Positions 26,791 through 41,280 of a DNA stretch of 64,000 nt are shown here, one piece after another (the first letter of the stretch is position 1; each line of letters starts with the position of its first letter). Both the position numbers and the translations under genes were made by a program. The stretch covers positions 263,970-327,969 of the forward strand of contig OZ199839.1 of the NCBI GenBank assembly GCA_964304625.1, given 5' to 3'. The notes under the pieces were generated by a model, which was not told the DNA's origin, searched no databases, and worked only from the letters and a program-made list of their open reading frames with translations. Source of the stretch: Kudoa neothunni. Lineage: Eukaryota; Animalia; Cnidaria.

Positions 26791-28832
26791 TGTTCCACCA
26801 CCTTGCGTTTGTCGATTATCCCCGATATGGTCACTATTTAGCAGGGGATTCCTTTTTATTAACTAAGCCCTCCTCGAAAAAACCTTATTTATTTTTAGAT
26901 TTTTGAAAGATAAAATGTAAGCGGTTCAACATATATAAAAGAATTATTTTTAAACTAATTATCATAATTAGTATAACAAATTAAAATATGGTTTTAAGCT
27001 TAGAATTGCGTATGGAAATAAAATTTATAGTAAATATTTATAAAATGTAGAGATTTATAATGTTTGAAGAAGAATAAAAAAAGTATAAACTAAAAGATAG
27101 TCAGCGTTAACTTTTGAACCACATTGAGGTTATTTCACCTCCAAATGATTTTAATCCTTTCTTAATTCTTAAGTTTTTCTAAACATTACATTTGACCACT
27201 TTGGTCGTTATTTTGGTACGAAATTCGATAGATTTTTAGAATTAGCTAACTTTATTATTATTCTAGATGAAAATGTAACCACTGATTGATTACGTGATAT
27301 ACTCAGGAAACTCTAAATTTATTATGCCGCTGAAGAACAATTTTAAAAAATAATATAACGTATTTCATTTGTTATTGCCTGAATTTCTTGAGATACTTTT
27401 GAGAAAAATGTCAATAATTGCAACCGATAATACTGTAAAAGCTGACTCGTCTAATCTTGAAGAACGTCGTTAGCTTTCGTTCTATTTATCGTGTTACTTG
27501 ATATGTCAATTTTATTCCTGAATATTTTCTTTTGGAATCCTAATACTTGTGTAATTTTTCTTAATTTAATTCAATGATCAATTTGTTTATAATTTACCAC
27601 TTACACTACTCAATTAAACCAGAAATTTGATTTCTCCTTCATTTTTTGCCAATAACAATTTTCTTCTTAAGGTACAATTGAGTGAAATTTTTTGATTTTT
27701 GTTGTATTCTTTGCTTTTAAGAGAAATTTTAAGTTACTTTATGGCAGGAATGATAACATTAACTCTTTTATGACTGTATCGGTTTTTTATTTTAATTCAT
27801 CCTCAATAAACTTTGTTTCCAGTGTCGTTGACTCAAGTTTTATAAGCTAATTTTTAAATCGAAAGTCCGGTTTAAATATTGAGAGGACCAAAAAACTATA
27901 AATAAAATGGAGTTCAAAACGACTGTCTTATTATCCTTAATACATAAAAATTGCAATAATCCGTCACTTTTAACATTTGGAATACAGTTTTTTCGGCAGA
28001 ATTATAATTAACCCACTGTCAATACACAATATGTGTCTTATAAACTATTTTGTCGACGTGTATGGGATCATAGAAATGAATTATCTATAATTTTGATTAT
28101 AGATAAAAACTGGCTATTCACATTGTAAACAAGGTTAAGATGTCACTAGTTTCGACTATATTCAAGATTTAATGGCCGAGGCTATCGACTTGGTAAATTT
28201 TAATCCTACATTGCATATGCGGAATCGCAAGATAATTTTTAATTATGGCAACTCCTATTCACTAGCTGTACATAGATTTAATTATTTTTGACCCCACGCT
28301 TTGCTTTGCTTTTAGTGGTCAGTACTAATTAAAGATTGTCGATACTAATGACACCCGTGCATTATATATCGTGCAATAGCCACTCCAATTTTTTTATTAA
28401 TTTCTCGTGCGCCAACAAGTACGTAAAATCCTTAAGTGATGCATTTTCACTAACTTTTCATTAATTCAATTTGAATTAAAATAAATTACCAAATATACTT
28501 CTTTTCTTATAACTACGTATCTATTTTTTTAAAATAGATTAAATTAATATTCATATTAAACGTAGAAGCTGCTGTTCATAAAAAGCATCTCTAATTGAAT
28601 ATCTTCTGAGTCTAATGACCATATATTAGTATTGACTTATTAATAAGGAGTGAATATTTATTTACATTCGAATTTTTAAGTTGTTATGTTAAAAAAAATA
28701 ATTTTCAATTAATATGAATCCACACCGTGTGAAGTTGGTATAAATTAGTAGATTAAATGGAACACTTGAAGTTGTATCAAAATTACAATACAACATCGTA
28801 TCAAGAATAGACTAGTAATATTTGATATAATA

Positions 28833-30981
28833 TCATTGAGTCGAATTTTTAGACGGAGAAATTCTTTCGAATATCCGATCCAACTTTTTGTATACGTAAA
28901 ATATTCGTGGTCTCACATTAGGGTCATGATGCCAACAGCTGCTTATGAGCTCATGCAGATCCTTCGAAAGAGTAGAGTGATCCCATTCTGCACACAATGT
29001 TGGTCTCAAACGCTGTTCGCATACTATTGGGTACAATTGTTTGAGAGTTGGTTGTGGCTCTATCAGATCGTTGTATGGCTCCTCATGATCATAGAAACCT
29101 CCTAAAAAAATAATATCAACCACACTTCAAATCACTCACCTGATCCTTCGTTGATAGTGTAGCATCTGAATATCTCCCACATAACAAAACCCAACGAATA
29201 GATGTCCGCTTTGAGAAAATCATTGAATGATAAAGTTAAGTTTTCTACATTTGAATGAAGATTAAATGAAATAATTTCAGGGGCCATATATCGACGTGTT
29301 CCTACTGCCTAAATCGGATGGGGTCTTTGAACAAATCTATCGTTAAATTTATTATAATACATTGTGGAAAGATATATAAGATGATAATCTGAGTATTTGA
29401 TCCCCCTTCTTATTGGAATTGCTAATAGTAGAACTTTGATTTTCGTTGTTGTAACTTCCACCTGTGAAGGATTTTAGTTGGTCTCCGTCGGACGCTATTT
29501 GAGAACATTCTACCAAAGACATTCCTAGATCTGCAATACAGCATTGGCCATCATTTTTGAGTAGGATATTTTTGGTTTTTATATCACGATGAGCAATTCT
29601 TGGTTTCATTGTACCATGCCCAAGGATCTCCGAATGAAGATAGCTCAATCCAGCACATATGGAAATTATAATTTGCTTCAAATCAAAAAGATAACATTTG
29701 TTTAATGACAGACTTTGGTGATGAAAACCGCCGGCAAGATAATCATAAATTGAACCTTTGGGATGATGATCAAATATAAGCCAATATTCTTGTGGACCGT
29801 GATCATTGTAACAATCCATGGATATAAAACCTAGAATTTACCATTAACAACGCCTTAATGTCATTACTATTGTGGTTACATAATACATTTTCATGTCTTA
29901 AATGGTAGTTGTAATATATGGCTGCTTCATGAAGTGCAGATTCTGTTTCTGTGATTATTTTCACCACTACAGGGTTGTTTTTCCACACCCCAGAGTAGAC
30001 TTTGCCGAATTTTCCTGTTCCTATTAACGTATTTAGCTTAATTTGGCAGGAAATTCTAGATTCCAATAAAATTGGATGACCACTTCCACTCGAATCTATA
30101 TCATTGTTGATAGTTAGTGATTTTTATTCCGAGCGCATTTACTTGTTAGAATGGAACGATTATCTGAGGTTATTGCGAAAGAATTCTCGCAATCAAAAAG
30201 CGACGAGTAACTGGAATTAGTATTGATATTGGTGTGACTGGATGAAGACTCGGTTTCGTCATTGTCTTTGTATGTGTGCTCAAACACTGTCTCAGTATTC
30301 GTGTGATTAAGCAACCCGTTTTCCTCGCTATTATTTTCATTATTAGTGTTGTTAACAGTTGAACCGATTGGAGATGGGCTATTTTCAAATTTATCTTTAA
30401 TACGTCGATAAATTAAACATTTCCATGCATCCTTAATGCCATCCATTGTTGCCAATCGCTGTAAGATTCCACCACAAGAAAGCAGCAATACAACAGCAAC
30501 AATCGCAGCCATTAAAAGAATAAATTTCCATGAGACTTCTTCACGATTAAATTGCAAAAACTTACCATATTTGATGTAATCTTCTGTAAAGATTCATATT
30601 ATAAAATGGATATCAAATTTAGTTACCCGAAGAGAGTATATTTTCGACGGGCATATTTATTTCGCCGTTACATAATAACTCGGATGTGTTATTACGACAG
30701 CATCTAGTGTATACATTGATATCAGTCAAGTTGTAGCGGCAGAATAGGGCAATAACAGTGGCCTCTCCATTGGGCGGAATGCACGCTCTTTTGATTGTCA
30801 TTGGAGGCTCAGGTAATTTTTTCGATATAATAACACTTGCATAACAATAGCTATCAGTAAAACAAGTGTGACTACCACCGCAATCGTCACAGTAGCATTG
30901 ATACAAGGTTTCGGCAGATGAACCTTTCGGCTTCACTCCCCAAACGGCTAGCTCGATAATGACAATCACAAAGATAAACAT
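28833..30981 (-). CDS. TGF-beta/BMP/activin type I receptor Ser/Thr kinase
   Basis: Signal peptide; three-finger ectodomain (CYCDDC...C....C...CC....CN); TM FILLMAAIVAVVLLLSC; GS box SSGSG. Kinase motifs GTGKFG, VVVK, LRHEN, HRDIKTKN, DLG, GTRRYMAPE, KADIYSLG, CWHHDP..RP. About 6 exons. Confidence 0.92.
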
Positions 30982-32279
30982 TACGCGAGATGATTGGATG
31001 GGATCGAGGATGAATTAACAAGTTTCACAAGCTCAAAGCCAGATAAAGCTTTTTTTGGTAAAATAATCCTAAAATTTTATGTCGTGTTGATGTGACCCTG
31101 CTGAGTTATCTAGGTTGTGCTACAGGCTACAAATGCTAGAGACTAATATCCCCCTGGTGATAGCTTGCTCAAAACTAAATTACGCAAATTGTTTCATTTA
31201 CAATGCATCACTTCCCACCGATGATAAAATCGTATTTATCAATGACATCCTTGATATTTTTTGGATTTAAAAATATGTTTCTACTACGTATAAATATTTT
31301 AAAATTTATGAATGTTCATATTTTCATAAATTCGTTATTTTTCGTACATAATAATTGTCAACCTATATTTTTTTTATGGTTCAATAATAAAAATCCTAAA
31401 AGTAGTAAGATTTGAGTCCAATTTTTTTGGCTGATACCATTTTAATTCTACTGGAAAAATGAGATCCATTTTGACCTCCAACTTTTATTTTTCCATTTTA
31501 AAATACTCAGATAAAAATAATTCACTTTTTATAATTGGAGTCGACTTATGTAAACACAAAATCGCAATATTTAAAAATAATTTCCATCTTTGTTTGTGTA
31601 CATGTAAAAATCATCATTAAAATAGCAGGCATGGATTTTTTCGAAAATAATGTTGATGACGCTTGCATTAAAGACATTAACGATAATGTACTTGGTCTCA
31701 AAAACCTACAGGAATCTAATGATAATATTTTATTGACGATACAGTGTTCACTGACTCTGGTGATTCAATTATCATACCAAAAATTAGAGAGCATTAATAA
31801 ACACAAGACAGTTGCAAAAAATATGACGAATTTTTCCGAGAAGTGTCTGTTTATGTAACGCAAAGAATAAATAATATAAAGTTTAATTTAATTTAATTCA
31901 AATTTTCTACCAATTTTTTAATACATGCCTATTTTAATTATTTTTAACTTAAAACATACTTAAAATAATATATTGAATTACTATTTTCAACTTTAATAAA
32001 GCATTAACTATTATTAGAAAAAATTATTTTGGATTCGAAATTAAAGAATAGATATGTGATAGATTTATATACTTTGGATATTAAATCAACTACCTTTTTA
32101 TTGGAATGGATAACTGTGAATCATACTTCAACTTCAAGGTCTCGATATTGGGTTATTTAACGTTTGTTTCCAATCTGTTATTTAATCTATTTACTTAAGT
32201 ACATCAATCGTTATCAATTATCATAAGTAATCTACAGTATATATTTTAATTAAATTTGAATTATGTAAATACTAAAAAA

Positions 32280-33900
32280 TGCGGATTTATTTTAAGTCTC
32301 GCTACTGCGTAACCATTTTCTGTATTTTAATCTCATAATTCTTTAAATTTATTCCTACAAGTCCCCGTTTATCTAAATTCTAAGTTTTTGAGAAAATAAT
32401 GCAGGTAGAACGTTTGATATATTAATTAAATTAATAATACGATAACAATTTAAGGCTTCGAAGCACCTAAGCTTGCCAGATGAAGGATGTGCATCATAAT
32501 TCCAATAATTTAAAGATTGTCACACAATTTTAAATCTCGTTTAAACTAAAAAATTAGAATATCACTAAATTTGTGAGAATATAAAATACTTTAAAACAAC
32601 TGCCTAGCATAACAAGCTGACTGCGATGAGGGAACAAGTGAAAATATTTTCGGTATTCTAAATTATTGAAGATTTGATGATCTAACATTAAATACATTCT
32701 TATCGAGATTTTTGTTAAAATTCAAATATTTTTTTTTCGAATTTAAAAGTCTTTTAGTCCGAAAATATTAAATTATATTTATAAGCGAGAAATGAGATAT
32801 TTGTGAGATCTACGAATTGATATTTAACTTCCCAGATATCATTTCCATAAATATTGTTGATAAGACACAAAATTGGAATTAATAGAATTTTAAATTTATT
32901 ATCATTATTATTGTAAAAATGGTGTAATCATGCGAAGATTAATATTGGTTCCGTAAGAGGACAAAATTGATTTACTTGTTTGATTAAATAAAGAAATCAA
33001 GACATTTTGATTGAATAGAATATTTTTCGATAAAATATTCTTCACAAAGTTGTAGAAAAACACTCTCCTTCAAATTTGAAAAAATTGAAGGATCTGTATC
33101 GGAAGTTGTCCATTCATGGTAGAAATGAGTATATCCTCATAGAACAATGTTCTCTACGCCAAAAAACCGATTGTAATTTTGTTAGTATAAATATTTCAGT
33201 TAGAAATAATCATAATCTTGGTTCAACTCATTTATCTTAGAAATATGTAGTCTTGAATACATTAGTTTGTAGTGTTATGATAGAAATCTACGTTCAGTGA
33301 TGTTGTGTATCGTATTTTTTAACATAACAAGTTAACTCGATTGTAGTCAAGAAATTTGTTATAAAAATAACGAGTTTAAAACCTTTTTTTTTCTTACTAA
33401 AAATCCCTAAATTCTTTCCCTAAATAAATAAAATACGGAATTATTTTTTTAGGTCGAAATTTCTAAGAACTAATATTTTTGAAAATATAATCGAATTTAA
33501 AATTAAACATTATTTTTTGAGATTTTTGGAAATCATTTTATTGGATGATTAACCATAAACTTAACTACAATGGAAATAAACGAGATTTAAAATAAACAAA
33601 TAATTAAATCTTTCACAATAAATTAATTGACGTTTTAGAACTTGATGAATATAGTAAACTTGAGGCGATTGACGAAATATTTTCAACTTCAGAATTAAAT
33701 AATGCCATTAGTTAAATCAAAAATTTTCTTCTAAAACAAAATAAATACGGAGTTACTTGAATTATTGCCTGTTATAATCTAAGATGATTATAAAAACAAC
33801 GAACTCGGCACTCTAGATTAGAGCAATTTATTTGAAAAATCAATTAAATATTTGCGTTCGCGCAAACATATACTGATCCTAAAAAATTACGAGAGATTGA
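32280..33900 (+). mobile_element. Heavily decayed pogo-like relic; boundaries approximate
   Basis: gtctcgctactgcgtaac..ttttaatc (~32298) is an inverted copy of the subterminal sequence of the 1-1479 element (~1281-1317). No clean ORF. Confidence 0.3.
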
Positions 33901-35045
33901 GAACTTCCTGCATGTGGTAAAATTAGTCATATTTAGGTTGTTTTTATTGTAAAGAAGTTGTATGCTTAAAAAGTTTCGACAAACGACTTGTAGCTTTTAA
34001 CCATTAAATTCCTAAATTTTTTGTCGGCCTGAAAATAATTATACTACGTAAAAATGAATAGTTATAACGATTTAAAAAATTAAAATCCTAAGAAAATTTT
34101 TCTATTAGCAATTATCATCCAATTACAAGAAAAATGAAAATTAAATATAAATCCTATTCATATCCACCGTAGCCTCAAGAAATTTCGCAATAAATTTTAA
34201 ATTCATCGAGAATTTATTTTGTGTCATTGTTATAAACAACGACGAAATAATAATCTAAATGCTTACATCACTTAATTTTTTTGTGAACGCGCGCTAATAT
34301 TGATAACAACTCCTCATGTTTTAAATTGTTCAATTTCTAAGTATATCTAAAACTGAAGCTCCTAAATAATGATACAGCATATTGAATTGTAATATGATTA
34401 TTTTTTATCCTGAAGTATATATATATATATATAATTACGAAATATTATCATATAAATCATTATTTGATAATACGCAACAATAATTTATGCTTAACTTTAC
34501 TTATTGAAAAAAAATTCAAATATGTTAATTACTGTTTTTAAACTATTAAAAATTGTATATTTATCAATTATCTTTTATAATAATTATTACGATTATAATT
34601 AAAAATTAATTACATTCTTAATAATAATGCTATCATTAATTTTTAGTGCGTTTTTGTTATACTTCAACGAAAATATTTTTAATTTGTTCTTAAATAGATA
34701 CAAATCACTATAATATTTATATTTTAAATGCACTTTGTGGAAAATATAAAAATAAATCTCCATGGAGTTGCAATCTTTCCTTGTTAATTAAAATTTAAGA
34801 CGAACATTGGACAAAAAAGGCTTAAAAAACAAAACTATTTTACTGGAGGAGGCATTCGTTAAGTTATTCTTAGAAAAATGATTAAACAATTGCAAATAAA
34901 CTGCTGTAATAACTTCAACAATTCGTAACAAGATAAATTAAATAATTATTGTATATTTTGCCATAAAGAACTCAGGCCTTTTTTTATTCTCACAAATCAC
35001 TTCGGATGTGTATTTATTCATCAAATATATATATGTATACATATA

Positions 35046-36278
35046 CAGTAAGGTCTCAATATTGCGAGGCTCGATATAGGGTAGTCGATATTTTTTCAAA
35101 TTTCTGTAACCAACATTGCAACTTTTGGGATGTATATAGTCTTCTACTCTAGCTTTATGCGAAATAACATATAAAAAATGCTTTTTTGTAAAATTCAAGG
35201 TCTTACTATTGACAGTGGTTACTTCAAAATTTAATCCGATTAATCCACTAAATTACACATTCGAACATTCGGTATTGCGAAAGAAAAAAGAAATTATGTT
35301 AAAGAATTGGAACTATTCAATATTATGATTCAACTACCTCAATCTGAGAATCCAAAAAGTTACTCTATATCGCCGTAGAATATCACGAATTCTGTTATTA
35401 TGAGTTTTTTTCAAATTAAAATTAGTTATTCATCTCTGAATAGAATTTTATCTAATAAATCTGATATGATGAACTCTAATGGTGTTTCTTTCAGTAAAGG
35501 AATTACAAATAAAAAATACATCCAACTTCAATTTGCGTTATATGGCAGGACTGTGTCAGAACACCAAAAAAAGACAAATATTCTAGTTTATCACTGAGAA
35601 GGCCAAAATTTTTGCTAGCGATCTCAGATCACTGGTTTAAGTGGAGCAAAAGGTTTCCAGAAAAATTTTACGATTCTCCGTTGTTTAAAAATTCACTTTC
35701 CTTGGAGAAGGAGGGAGAAGTTGATGATAATATTGTCAATGACTAGATAATCCAATTTAATTAGGCAAAAAATAGATATGAACAACGAAACATATTAAAT
35801 CTTGGTGAGATCGCTCTTTCCTAAAAAGTATGCACCCAACAAACATATGGTATAAAGAAGGAGTTGAATTTTCGAGGAAATGAAACAACCAGAAAACCTG
35901 TAATAGAATTATAGAGTGCTAAATTTGTAGGAATAAAATATCCACATAATTTCATTGGTAAATTTAATGGGACACCCTGTTTTAAAGGAATTTATGAATT
36001 TTCTGTTAAATATTAACTATCAAAAAAATGGTTGAATGTCTTCAACTAACTGTTTGATATTTTAAAAACTGTTGACCAAAAATTCGCGTAAGATGAAGAA
36101 AAGTTCGTATATTATTAGATCGATGCTTTTCACATCTTTAATTTAACAATTCGTACAAAATGGATAATTATTTCGTTAAAAAATAATATATTTATTCTCA
36201 TGACTCAAGCGCCAATATTCTATATTAGGCGGTAAAAGCTCAGATCCCGATTTAGTGCGCAATATCGAGACCTTACTG
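35046..36278 (+). mobile_element. Internally deleted pogo/Tigger-like element
   Basis: 21-bp TIRs cagtaaggtctcaatattgcg / cgcaatatcgagaccttactg (1 mismatch) with TA on both sides. Relic motifs ILNLGEIAL (N.DET.L) and RKVRILLDRC. Confidence 0.8.
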
Positions 36279-37868
36279 TACATATATTCTCCATTTCAAG
36301 TTATAATTAAGTTTCGCGCAATATTTAAATTTATGATTTCAGCTTTGTTGAAAGAAACGATGGAAACAGTCAATTTATTTAACCAAACTAAATTGAATTC
36401 AAATTTAAAAATAGCTATTAAATCAATACAATTTTATAACATCGTTATCGTCCATAAAAGTAATTTTTCGAACAGTAGAACTATTATTAATAATCCTCTC
36501 TGAAATCTCACCATATTTTTTTTGTTTAGATGTGTCGTTATTGGATTAAAACTCATGATTATTTCATTATCGATAATATTCGAAATTCCTTAAAATTATA
36601 ATATTAAATAATCTTTCTCCATTTTCCATACTGATTCTTAGCATATGTAGATACATCACTTGAAGTAATTTTAAATTTTATCTACAATTTAATGAAAAAT
36701 CTCAACTACATATGTAATCTCTAATATAATTAATATGCTCATGACCAAATCATGAAAAAAGTGATGCGGTCACGAAACGGTGAAATAATTAGCAAGTAAA
36801 ATCCGTCCGAGTTGAGAGGTAGGAGGTTGTAGATATAACAAAAAAATTGTCATAGCAGCAACTAAACCGATTCGCGAAATTTACATCCACTTTGGTAAAT
36901 ACAAATATGCGAACTAAGGCACCTGTTTACACAAAATTTTGTTTAAAGATTAGCCTTCTCTGTTTAAAGCTTAACTATTGCTGTACCCTTACGGATCTCC
37001 TGAGTTATATTCGAGGTGTTATATTAACGAGGATTACGACTTTAACCGAACTACTTACCATTAGAGTGGTTTTCGTATTTTGAACTTATTGTTGAGTTCT
37101 CTATAGTTTAGAAAAAAACAACGATTAATTCTATGTGTGATTGTAGTTGTTATGACAAATATATTCGTCAATTCCTACTTTAGAATTTTCATTCAAATCA
37201 AGAATGGGTAATTTGTGGGAATGACAACCGGTTGTTATACTCTAATGTTTTTACAATATTATTATCAAGTAGGAGTTAAGTTATTGCCTTGTATTTGTTT
37301 CTATATCACCTATATCACATGATGTTCAATATCAGGCAGATATTTACATAAAGCATTGATATCAACAAGCAATCCAATCGAGTTTATTTTAGGGGGCTTC
37401 TAGGTACCAAACTTTAAATGTTATGACTGGATAGATCTCAACAAATAGCACTAACTATAAACTAATATTATGTTTAATTGGTGCAATTTAATATTAAGTG
37501 AAACCATTAGCTGTGGATCACAAGACGCCACAATCATACACAGGATTACTACAACACAAATAGTCATCATAATAGGATCTCGATTTATTCCGAAGGTAGG
37601 TATTGCTGTAAAATTAGGATTTTTTGAGGTTTTTTTTGGTGGTTTATATGAGAACGTTTGTGTTGATGGATTTGTGGAATTATCACCACATACGAGTTCA
37701 TAAAACCCGATCTCACGCTACCAACAATTTATAATCCACCCTATCAATCACATTGTTATACTGATCTGCTTTGGATACTGTGAGCGACTGTGCGAGTTGC
37801 TGTCGTGTCATTAACCCACAGGCGTAATAATATTCAATTAGTGTAGAGAAAATTCAACCACCCCAACC

Positions 37869-38548
37869 ATGCCTATTATTATCAGAAGAGCTGTTATCAA
37901 TGACTTGGTAGATATGCAGCATATGAACATTATGTGTCTTCCTGAGAATTACACGATGCGCTACTATTTGTATCATCTTTTGACATGGCCTGAACTCTCG
38001 TTTGTTGCGTACGAAGGCAAAGATAAAATTGTTGGATATGTGTTGGGAAAGTTGGACGACGATGATACCATTGATAGTCATCCTTCTCCTTCCAAACAAA
38101 AAATTGTGTTGGGTCATATCACCAGTTTAGCTGTTAAATTGTCATATCGGAAGTTGGGCATCGCGAAAGCATTAATGGATTTTGTTGAAAGGCAAATGGC
38201 AATGTTGTACTCAGCCACACATGTCACACTACATGTCAGGGTTGGTAACAGTGGTGCGTTGCATCTCTACCGCAAATCGTTAAAATTTCAAGTAACCCCT
38301 ACTCAGATTCTATAGATTCTATAGATGTTATGTTATGGTGGGGATGTTTCTCACATTTTGTCCTTTAGGTTAAAGCTGTCGAAAACAAATACTATGGAGA
38401 CGGTGAAGATGCATACATCATGGAAAAACCCCTCAATCGCCAATTTCATATTGATTTCTATCAATACACACTGCTAAGGGCCAAAGAAATCCACCAGAAG
38501 GTGAAAGAAGCCTTCATGGTTGATCACCTTAGCAAGGTGGTGTTCTAA
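37869..38548 (+). CDS. NAA10: N-alpha-acetyltransferase 10 (NatA catalytic subunit, ARD1), 2 exons
   Basis: MQHMNIMCLPENY.MRYYLYH.LTWPELSFVA, GHITSLAV..SYRKLGIA, TLHVRVGN.GALHLY. Intron 38291-38368; exon 2 KYYGDGEDAY.M; stop at 38548. Confidence 0.95.
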
Positions 38549-39721
38549 TTGGTTGTTCATGTTTTATTTCTATATGAATTTATTTTTTGAAAACTAGATC
38601 ATATTTTTATGTATATAAATGTTTATTGGGGCTGTTCTTTAGTCGCTTTACGTTTTTTCGCATATCACAAAATTCTTTCAATCTTGCGGTCTATTTAAAT
38701 GTAGAGTACTATTGAGCATTGTTGAGCGGCATGAATAGACTCTTAAATTTGAACCGTTGAACCTTTTGGAAATCCATATAGAATGGAATAATCTGCTTTA
38801 AAATTAACTTTAATCGTTGGATTTTAATAAATTAAGAAATAGTATTTTGATTAATTATAGCTGCTAAGCTGATTGTTGTATACCAGGGACGGACAGTCAT
38901 GCTAAACTGGAAAGAGGGTTGGAAAGTATTTAAATACTTTAGAAGTAATAAATTTTTCATAATACAATTAAAAATTGGCTTAGTAAATTTGCATTTTGAT
39001 ATTCAAAGAAGTACCGTTTTATTGTAGTGCGAGAAAAATATATCTAATATCTGGCATCTTTATGAGAAAATGAGTAGTTTTATTTGAAAATACGTATGAT
39101 TTTATTGATGTTGAATTTAAACTTTTACATACCTTAATGATGGGACGAAATCGTAAAGAACAATAATTAAACGTTTCCGTTCGCCACAATAAGACCAGGA
39201 ACAATCAATAAAAATAAGTAAAATTTGTTTGAGGGAATATTTTATCTTTATTTTGGTTTTTACACATTTATGTTTAGAAAAAAATGGATTATATTTAATT
39301 AACTTAGTTTACATTGCTATTTAGCTACTTTTTGTGCTGAGAAGATCGATTCCGAAAAATGAAGAAATTCTACAATTACTGTCTAATAAAAAAACTGTTG
39401 AACTTTATCGTTGATCTCCTTGGTGGGCCGGATGAGGAAAACCCTCGTGTCAAATTTGGCCTGCGGGTCAGTCGTTGTCGTCCTCTGTTATATAGGATAA
39501 TTGTTCTTTTTGATTTAAAATGAGAGCCAATGTAAAAATCTTCAAAGTAATAACTTGTAATCGGACTGATTTTTGTATTTATTAATGAATAATTTTAATG
39601 TAAAATTATACTAATAAAATATATATCAACGAAGAATATATTTTTTTGTTGGGCAATAAGAAACCAATTTCACGCACTTTTTAAAAACCTATTTGAGTAG
39701 AATATTGATTGACATAAGAAA

Positions 39722-39761
<40 letters not shown>

Positions 39762-40743
39762 AGTGTTCGTGTTTGTATTGTACAAATCTTCGCCTTATAC
39801 AGACTTCTTCATGATCATTTGAGACTATTATTATTATTATTATTATTATACTTTAAAAAAATACAAAATTAACTACTAAATTATAACTGAACTTTCTAAT
39901 TTTTTATAAAGTGATGAATTGATAGTATAAAATTTTTGGAGGTAGATTAACGCTGACGATATTAAGATTACTTTATCATGTGAATTTCAATATAATACAG
40001 TGATAAGCTTAGATAACTTTTATTTTCCGCCGCTAATACAAGTACAGAATTGTGATATTTTTTTTTATGAACATAGTGAAGACATTTTAGAACGTCTTCA
40101 CTTGCGTAGGCCAGGACGGCGGGGTAAACAATCACATGTTATTCATACGGGAGATTAATTCATTTGGAAAAATTACTTTCATTGCACTTTTAGTTTTGGC
40201 AGAAAAGGTGTTTATTATTTTTTTATGGATTTAATTGAAATTAACATATTTTCTTTACGTAAAACACTGTTTACAAAGTTTAGATCAATGGGTTAATCGG
40301 CGGGTTACTTAAAGCGATTAAAACTTCAAACAAGTTTTAAGAATTTTTAATTTTTAAATGTAGATAAAATCCACTCGTGGTGAAAGTAAAGAAGACCGGT
40401 ATACTACTGTTTATTCGATTAACACTGTCGTCAAAGGAACGATATTGTGATTAAAATTTGCATTTATTACTTTATTCGGCGGGTCAGTTTGAAGATTATT
40501 TTTGTTCTTCCAAGTTTTTCTAATCAAATCAACCCGCATTGAATCGAAGCGGAGTATTTCGATGCAACTAAATTTTTTTTACCTAACACGATTGTCGAAA
40601 GGATAATATTAAAAACAAATTATGAGGTTATATTGTTCAGCCAGGGGTGATATAAAGGGATTTATATTGTTTAATTCATCATGATATTTCTTTTTAATTT
40701 AATTTAACTCGTTCCCCGGCAAATTCCAGGTTTTCGCTCTAGT
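39722..40743 (+). mobile_element. Probable non-autonomous Helitron relic
   Basis: Begins a|tc(ta)n. Ends with a GC-rich near-hairpin ccccggcaaattccagg followed by ctag|t. Degenerate PIF1-like Walker A (G..GK.SHVI, needs an indel) near 40109-40145. Confidence 0.4.
39723..39756. repeat. (TA)n microsatellite; shorter ones at ~14403, ~34417, ~54824 and ~61311
   Basis: Direct reading. Confidence 0.9.
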
Positions 40744-41280
40744 CTATTATATAAAGCAAACCGGAGATCCGTGTGTGTACACGCATTTTTTAATCTTTAT
40801 AGAGAGACATATCGCTCCATTTTAGCAAACATGTGGGAAGATAAAATTTTATTTTAACACAGAAAAATACTTAAAAAATCATAAAAGATGTGCTTCCTAC
40901 AAAATGACTAAAAACATTTTCACGTGGTATGATTTGAGGATTTATGCAAACATATAGATTAAAGTTCGGGAACCTTTTTTGGTGGGAGAGCCATAAAGGC
41001 CACGTATTTTTTAAACATAATTCCACGAGAGCCATACCATGTGTTAGCTGCATGCATAGAGGCCATATTATTAAAAGCTACGCTATATATCGAACTAGGA
41101 ATACTAAACGGTTGATTACTAATAATCACCTTGGTAACACCATGTGTTTTAAAACTAAAAATAGAAATGCATATGCAGGTTCTATGTAATTCCAACATTT
41201 TAAACTAAAACAAATCACTAAATTATTTTTAATTGTATTTTTACGCTATTACTAATCAAAGAAGAATATTTCTCATCATC

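Noticed and set aside
12150-38548. Alternative genetic code or non-canonical splicing
   Set aside because: Conserved genes reconstruct with the standard code and GT-AG introns (some with AAG acceptors). In-frame stops fall in introns.
40871-41198. Three overlapping short ORFs as genes
   Set aside because: No splice structure or recognisable family; at most a faint hAT-like relic.
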